A stretch of DNA of 64,000 nt from NCBI GenBank assembly GCA_963665115.1, contig OY762007.1, positions 7,552,001-7,616,000 of the forward strand, written 5' to 3'. Numbering within the stretch: the stretch's first letter is position 1; every line of letters begins with the position of its first letter. Shown piece after piece: positions 60,473-64,000 of the stretch. The position numbers were made by a program, and so were the translations under genes. This DNA comes from an uncultured Rivularia sp. (lineage in GTDB: Bacteria > Cyanobacteriota > Cyanobacteriia > Cyanobacteriales > Nostocaceae). The notes under the pieces are model-generated. The model ran no database searches and was not told the origin of the DNA. It saw nothing but the letters and a program-made list of their open reading frames with translations.

Positions 60473-61180
60473 TTAAAAGAACGCTGGTTGGTGACGAATT
60501 AAACTGAAGAATTCTTCACGGGTTTTCTGTTCTTGCTCAAATACTCCTAGCATGGCGCTAGTTACAGTCCAAGAGCCTGGTTTCTGTACTCCCCGCATTG
60601 TCATGCACGTGTGTGTAGCTTCCATGACAACGGCAACGCCCTGTGGATCGAGAATTTCTTGAATGGCTTCGGCTATTTGGCGGTTTAATCTTTCTTGTAC
60701 TTGCAATCGACGAGAGTACATTTCTACAACTCGAGCTAGTTTGCTCAGCCCTACAACTTTTTGATTGGGGATATAAGCGACGTGGGCTTTACCCATGAAT
60801 GGCAACATATGATGTTCGCACAAACTAAAGAAGTTGATATCGCGAACTAACACCATTTCGTTGTGCCCTTCGTCAAATATGGCACCGTTAACTAAGTCTT
60901 CCAATGATTGACTGTAGCCGCTAGTCAGAAACCGCATTGATTCTGCTACGCGCTTGGGTGTTTTGAGTAATCCTTCTCTTTCTGGATCTTCTCCAACTCC
61001 TAAAAGCATTGTTCTTACGGCATCCTTCATCTGCTCCATCTGCTCCTCTGAGGGAGGATCTAAATTGGGTTGGGAACCATCTTTAGTATTTCTGTCTGGC
61101 CTGGGATTTACAGCATCTTCTAAGTTGGGAATCAGAGGAGATTGAGAACGATCGGAACCGTTAGAACTAGCAATAGTCAT
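60473..61180 (-). CDS. folE: GTP cyclohydrolase I
   Basis: [48 protein letters not shown]. Confidence 0.96.
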   Translation of the reverse strand: MTIASSNGSDRSQSPLIPNLEDAVNPRPDRNTKDGSQPNLDPPSEEQMEQMKDAVRTMLLGVGEDPEREGLLKTPKRVAESMRFLTSGYSQSLEDLVNGAIFDEGHNEMVLVRDINFFSLCEHHMLPFMGKAHVAYIPNQKVVGLSKLARVVEMYSRRLQVQERLNRQIAEAIQEILDPQGVAVVMEATHTCMTMRGVQKPGSWTVTSAMLGVFEQEQKTREEFFSLIRHQPAFF

Positions 61181-61419
61181 GATTTCAGTCTGAATGAAAA
61201 TTCAACAAATGAGTGATTTTTTGAAGGTAGTTAACATTTAGCATTTAGCAGTTACCTCTCTAGTTTTTGGCTACTCCCATCGGCTTTTAGCCACGGGATT
61301 CAGACATTAATTAACCCCCAACCCTTCGCTAAGAAGGGGGGCTTTGTGTAAGTGCCAATTTACTACAAATTACTAATCGGTTGTTAATTAATAACTGAGA
61401 AAAAGGTAGTTAATAACTA

Positions 61420-61465
61420 GGTAACTGTTAACTGATAACTGTTAACTGATAAACTGATAACTGAT
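61420..61465. repeat. STRR tract (TAACTGA/TAACTGT)n
   Basis: Tandem heptamers. Confidence 0.8.
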
Positions 61466-62185
61466 TTATAGAACTCCCGCGCTGGGCATCAAAGTTAATT
61501 CATCTACAACTGCTTGTTTTGGTAACAATGCGGTGTGGAGAATTGACTGAGCAACAATTTCAGGTGTAAGCATATTTGAACGATTGAAGTCCGCGTTTAC
61601 GGTTTCTGTATCCCAGATTTCTGTATTTACCGCACCGGGACAAATAGCTGTTACACGAATTCCGTTGGCGCGTTCTTCTTGAGCAAGGGCTTGAGAAAGA
61701 GCAATTACGCCTGCTTTGCTAACACTGTAAGCGCCCCAGTTGGCAAATGCTTGTTTACCCGCAATAGAAGCTACGTTAATAATTGTGCCTCTATTTTGCT
61801 CGCGCATTGAGGGTAAAATTCCCTTAATACACTCAAATACGCTTGTAAGGTTCAAATCGATTACTTGCTGCCAGTCGGATAAAGGTGTTTCGCTCAATGT
61901 GCCGGTATAACCCATGCCAGCATTGTTAACAAGAATATCTATGTTACCATCGAGGACTATTCGACGGATGTTTTCTTTTACATCAGATACCTTTGCCAAA
62001 TCTACAACATAAGTTTTAGCCTTGACTCCTGTTTTTATAACAGCGTTTTCTACTGCTGCTAATTTTTCGGCAGAACGACCTATTAAGGCAACATCTATTC
62101 CTGAAGATGCAAATGCCAAAGCTGTTTCTCTGCCGATACCGCTACTTGCACCCGTAATCAAAGCACGTTTTTTAAGTTCGGCCAT
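61466..62185 (-). CDS. Classical short-chain dehydrogenase/reductase
   Basis: TGASSGIG, NNAG, NVAS, YSVSK, PGAVNT. Confidence 0.92.
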   Translation of the reverse strand: MAELKKRALITGASSGIGRETALAFASSGIDVALIGRSAEKLAAVENAVIKTGVKAKTYVVDLAKVSDVKENIRRIVLDGNIDILVNNAGMGYTGTLSETPLSDWQQVIDLNLTSVFECIKGILPSMREQNRGTIINVASIAGKQAFANWGAYSVSKAGVIALSQALAQEERANGIRVTAICPGAVNTEIWDTETVNADFNRSNMLTPEIVAQSILHTALLPKQAVVDELTLMPSAGVL

Positions 62186-62461
62186 ACTGTTATTTTAAAA
62201 TAGGTGGTTTAAGCTACTCCAGCCTAAAACATCTTGAGAATCTCAAACAAATCAAAAGATGCAGTCATAATCTTGCACAAGTGCTATATTTGACTTCCAA
62301 CGTTGAGTTTTTTACTAATTTTTACTAAATATCCTTGCAGCAATTTTTTATAAACAACAAGCAGGATTTAGTACTTCATTTTCAAGGACTAAATGCAAAA
62401 AACTGGTTAATCAAGAACCAATTAATAAATGTATTTTCCAATAACTAATTATTAGTCATCA

Positions 62462-62540
62462 GTTATAAATACCTATGGCAACAATAATAATTGTTATAAA
62501 CAACTATTAAGAACTATTAAGTGCCATAGGTAATTATAAC
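62462..62540. other. Long stem-loop (18/19-bp inverted repeat) downstream of accA
   Basis: GTTATAAATACCTATGGCA-N41-TGCCATAGGTAATTATAAC. Confidence 0.65.
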
Positions 62541-62574
62541 ATTACCGAGCGACTATAATATTTAGGAACGAAAG

Positions 62575-63562
62575 CTAGGAGCGGGTAGCTTCGGTAAAAA
62601 CTCCCATTTTGCGGAATCTTTGATAGCGCAGTTCTTTTCTTTCTTTGGCTGTCAAATTGTTAAGTACTTCCAAATTTTCTAATAGCGCTCCTTTAAGACT
62701 GTTCGCGGCTTGTAGGGGATCGGAGTGAGCGCCACCAACTGGTTCTGTCAATATTTGGTCGATGATACCCAAATTCTTCAGATCGTGAGAAATAATTTTT
62801 AAAGCGGATGTTGCTTGCGGAGCTTTACCTGCGTCTTTCCATAAAATCGCCGCACAAGCTTCGGGAGTTGCAACAGTGTATACGGCGTGTTCAAACATCA
62901 TGACGCGATCGCCAATTCCAATTCCGAGTGCGCCACCCGAACCTCCTTCACCAATTACGGTGCAGATGATGGGGACATCATAGGAAAACATTTCCCGCAA
63001 GTTATAAGCAATCGCTTCACCTTGCCCTTGTTGTTCGGCTATCACGGTTGGTAAAGCGCCGGGAGTATCGATAAAAGTGACGATGGGCATTCCAAACTTG
63101 TTAGCGTGTTCCATCAGTCGCAAAGCTTTGCGATATCCACCAGGGGAAGCCATACCAAAATTACGAGCAATATTATCTTTAGTATCTCGTCCTTTTTGAT
63201 GACCTAAAATGACTACGGGTTGATTTCCCAAACGGGCTAGCCCACCAACTAAAGCCGGATCGTCCGAACCACATCTATCTCCGTGTAGTTCTATCCATTC
63301 ATCTGTAATTGCTTGAATGTAGTCTAAAGTGCTAGGACGACGGGGATGACGGGGCCACTTGCAGCCGCTGAGTCGGCGATAAACTGCTGAAAATCTCTTC
63401 ACGTAACTGCATGGCGCGTGCTTCTAATTGATGTATCTGGTTAGTTACATCAACACCATTTTCTTCCGCAAGTTTACGAATCTGCTCAATTCGATTTGCC
63501 AGTTCTGCTAGGGGCTTTTCAAAGTCCAAAAGTAGCGGTTTACGCCCTTGTTGTGTAGCCAT
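62575..63562 (-). CDS. accA: Acetyl-CoA carboxylase carboxyltransferase alpha, about 328 aa, split by apparent +1 error at 63351-63354
   Basis: LLDFEKPL...RLQVA joins [42 protein letters not shown] when one G is removed. Confidence 0.95.
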
Positions 63563-63753
63563 TGTTTGAATAATGATTGTGAGTTACGAGTTACGAGTGT
63601 TATGAGTCATGAGTTGAGAAACTGCGTAAACAATTTCCTACCCTTAACTCATAACAATTAATCGTTAACCGTTAACTACTAAAGAACTGTTTTCTCAAAA
63701 ATATCCCAAATTTAGGATAATTTTTTGTAAGCCCCTTTGTTAACTGTTAACTG

Positions 63754-63999
63754 TCACACTAGCAGCGGTCGAAATCCGTGCTTAACGGATACTTTACCAA
63801 TCTGCTCCATTTTTTCTACGGTAATCTGATTGCGTCCCCAAGAAAAGTTAGTGTACAACTTTTCAAATTCAAGCAGCATTGACTCGGCAAAACAAGCAAA
63901 TAATTGACGACCAGGAACATCCATGTTGACAATATTCATGATTTTCCAGTCAATATCGAGAGAATGCTCTACAATTCCACCGTTGAGTACGTATACCTC
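63754..63999 (-). CDS. aar: Long-chain acyl-ACP reductase (alkane pathway), 3' end only
   Basis: [37 protein letters not shown]...[10 protein letters not shown]...KHGFRPL; directly upstream of accA. Confidence 0.9.
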   Translation of the reverse strand, partial: EVYVLNGGIVEHSLDIDWKIMNIVNMDVPGRQLFACFAESMLLEFEKLYTNFSWGRNQITVEKMEQIGKVSVKHGFRPLLV

Positions 64000-64000
64000 T

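Noticed and set aside
61275..61300. IS200/IS605-like end hairpin (TCCCATCGGCTTTTAGCCACGGGA)
   Set aside because: Degenerate, single copy, no tnpA/tnpB nearby; too weak to call
62575..63562. accA, argZ and four other split genes as pseudogenes or programmed frameshifts
   Set aside because: Single +1 homopolymer lesion each, no further decay, no shared slippery heptamer, and accA is essential; sequencing error is more parsimonious

Overview
AT-rich chromosomal window from a filamentous, probably heterocystous cyanobacterium (Nostocales-like). Support: frequent HIP1 GCGATCGC sites, heptameric STRR tracts, psaK and the aar-accA-SDR-folE block. Layout: (1) 1-23.4 kb, a large Wzx/Wzy-type exopolysaccharide locus with six glycosyltransferases, three unrelated acyltransferase systems and two methyltransferases. 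(2) 23.5-29.2 kb, argZ/agrE, a stand-alone DXCF-type GAF protein, an RNase D-like exonuclease and a TPR lipoprotein. (3) 29.4-44.3 kb, two tandem arrays of Hanks-type Ser/Thr kinases (four 4-Cys/kinase/WD40, three kinase/TM/C-terminal module). Each array pairs a conserved kinase with a divergent C-terminal part and has one member with a doubled C-terminal module. The four WD40 kinases share a GGGAATA(C/T)T box (degenerate in one copy) at fixed spacing that resembles the SigJ J-box. (4) 44.5-57.4 kb, housekeeping and cobalamin genes interleaved with Uma2, macrodomain, hspA and DUF genes. (5) 57.7-64 kb, site-2 protease, psaK, trpF, folE, SDR, accA and the 3' end of aar. Six genes, including essential accA, are split by single +1 homopolymer insertions that are most likely sequencing errors. 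No tRNA, rRNA, CRISPR array, transposase or reverse transcriptase was recognised. All assignments are by eye from motifs; no database searches were run.
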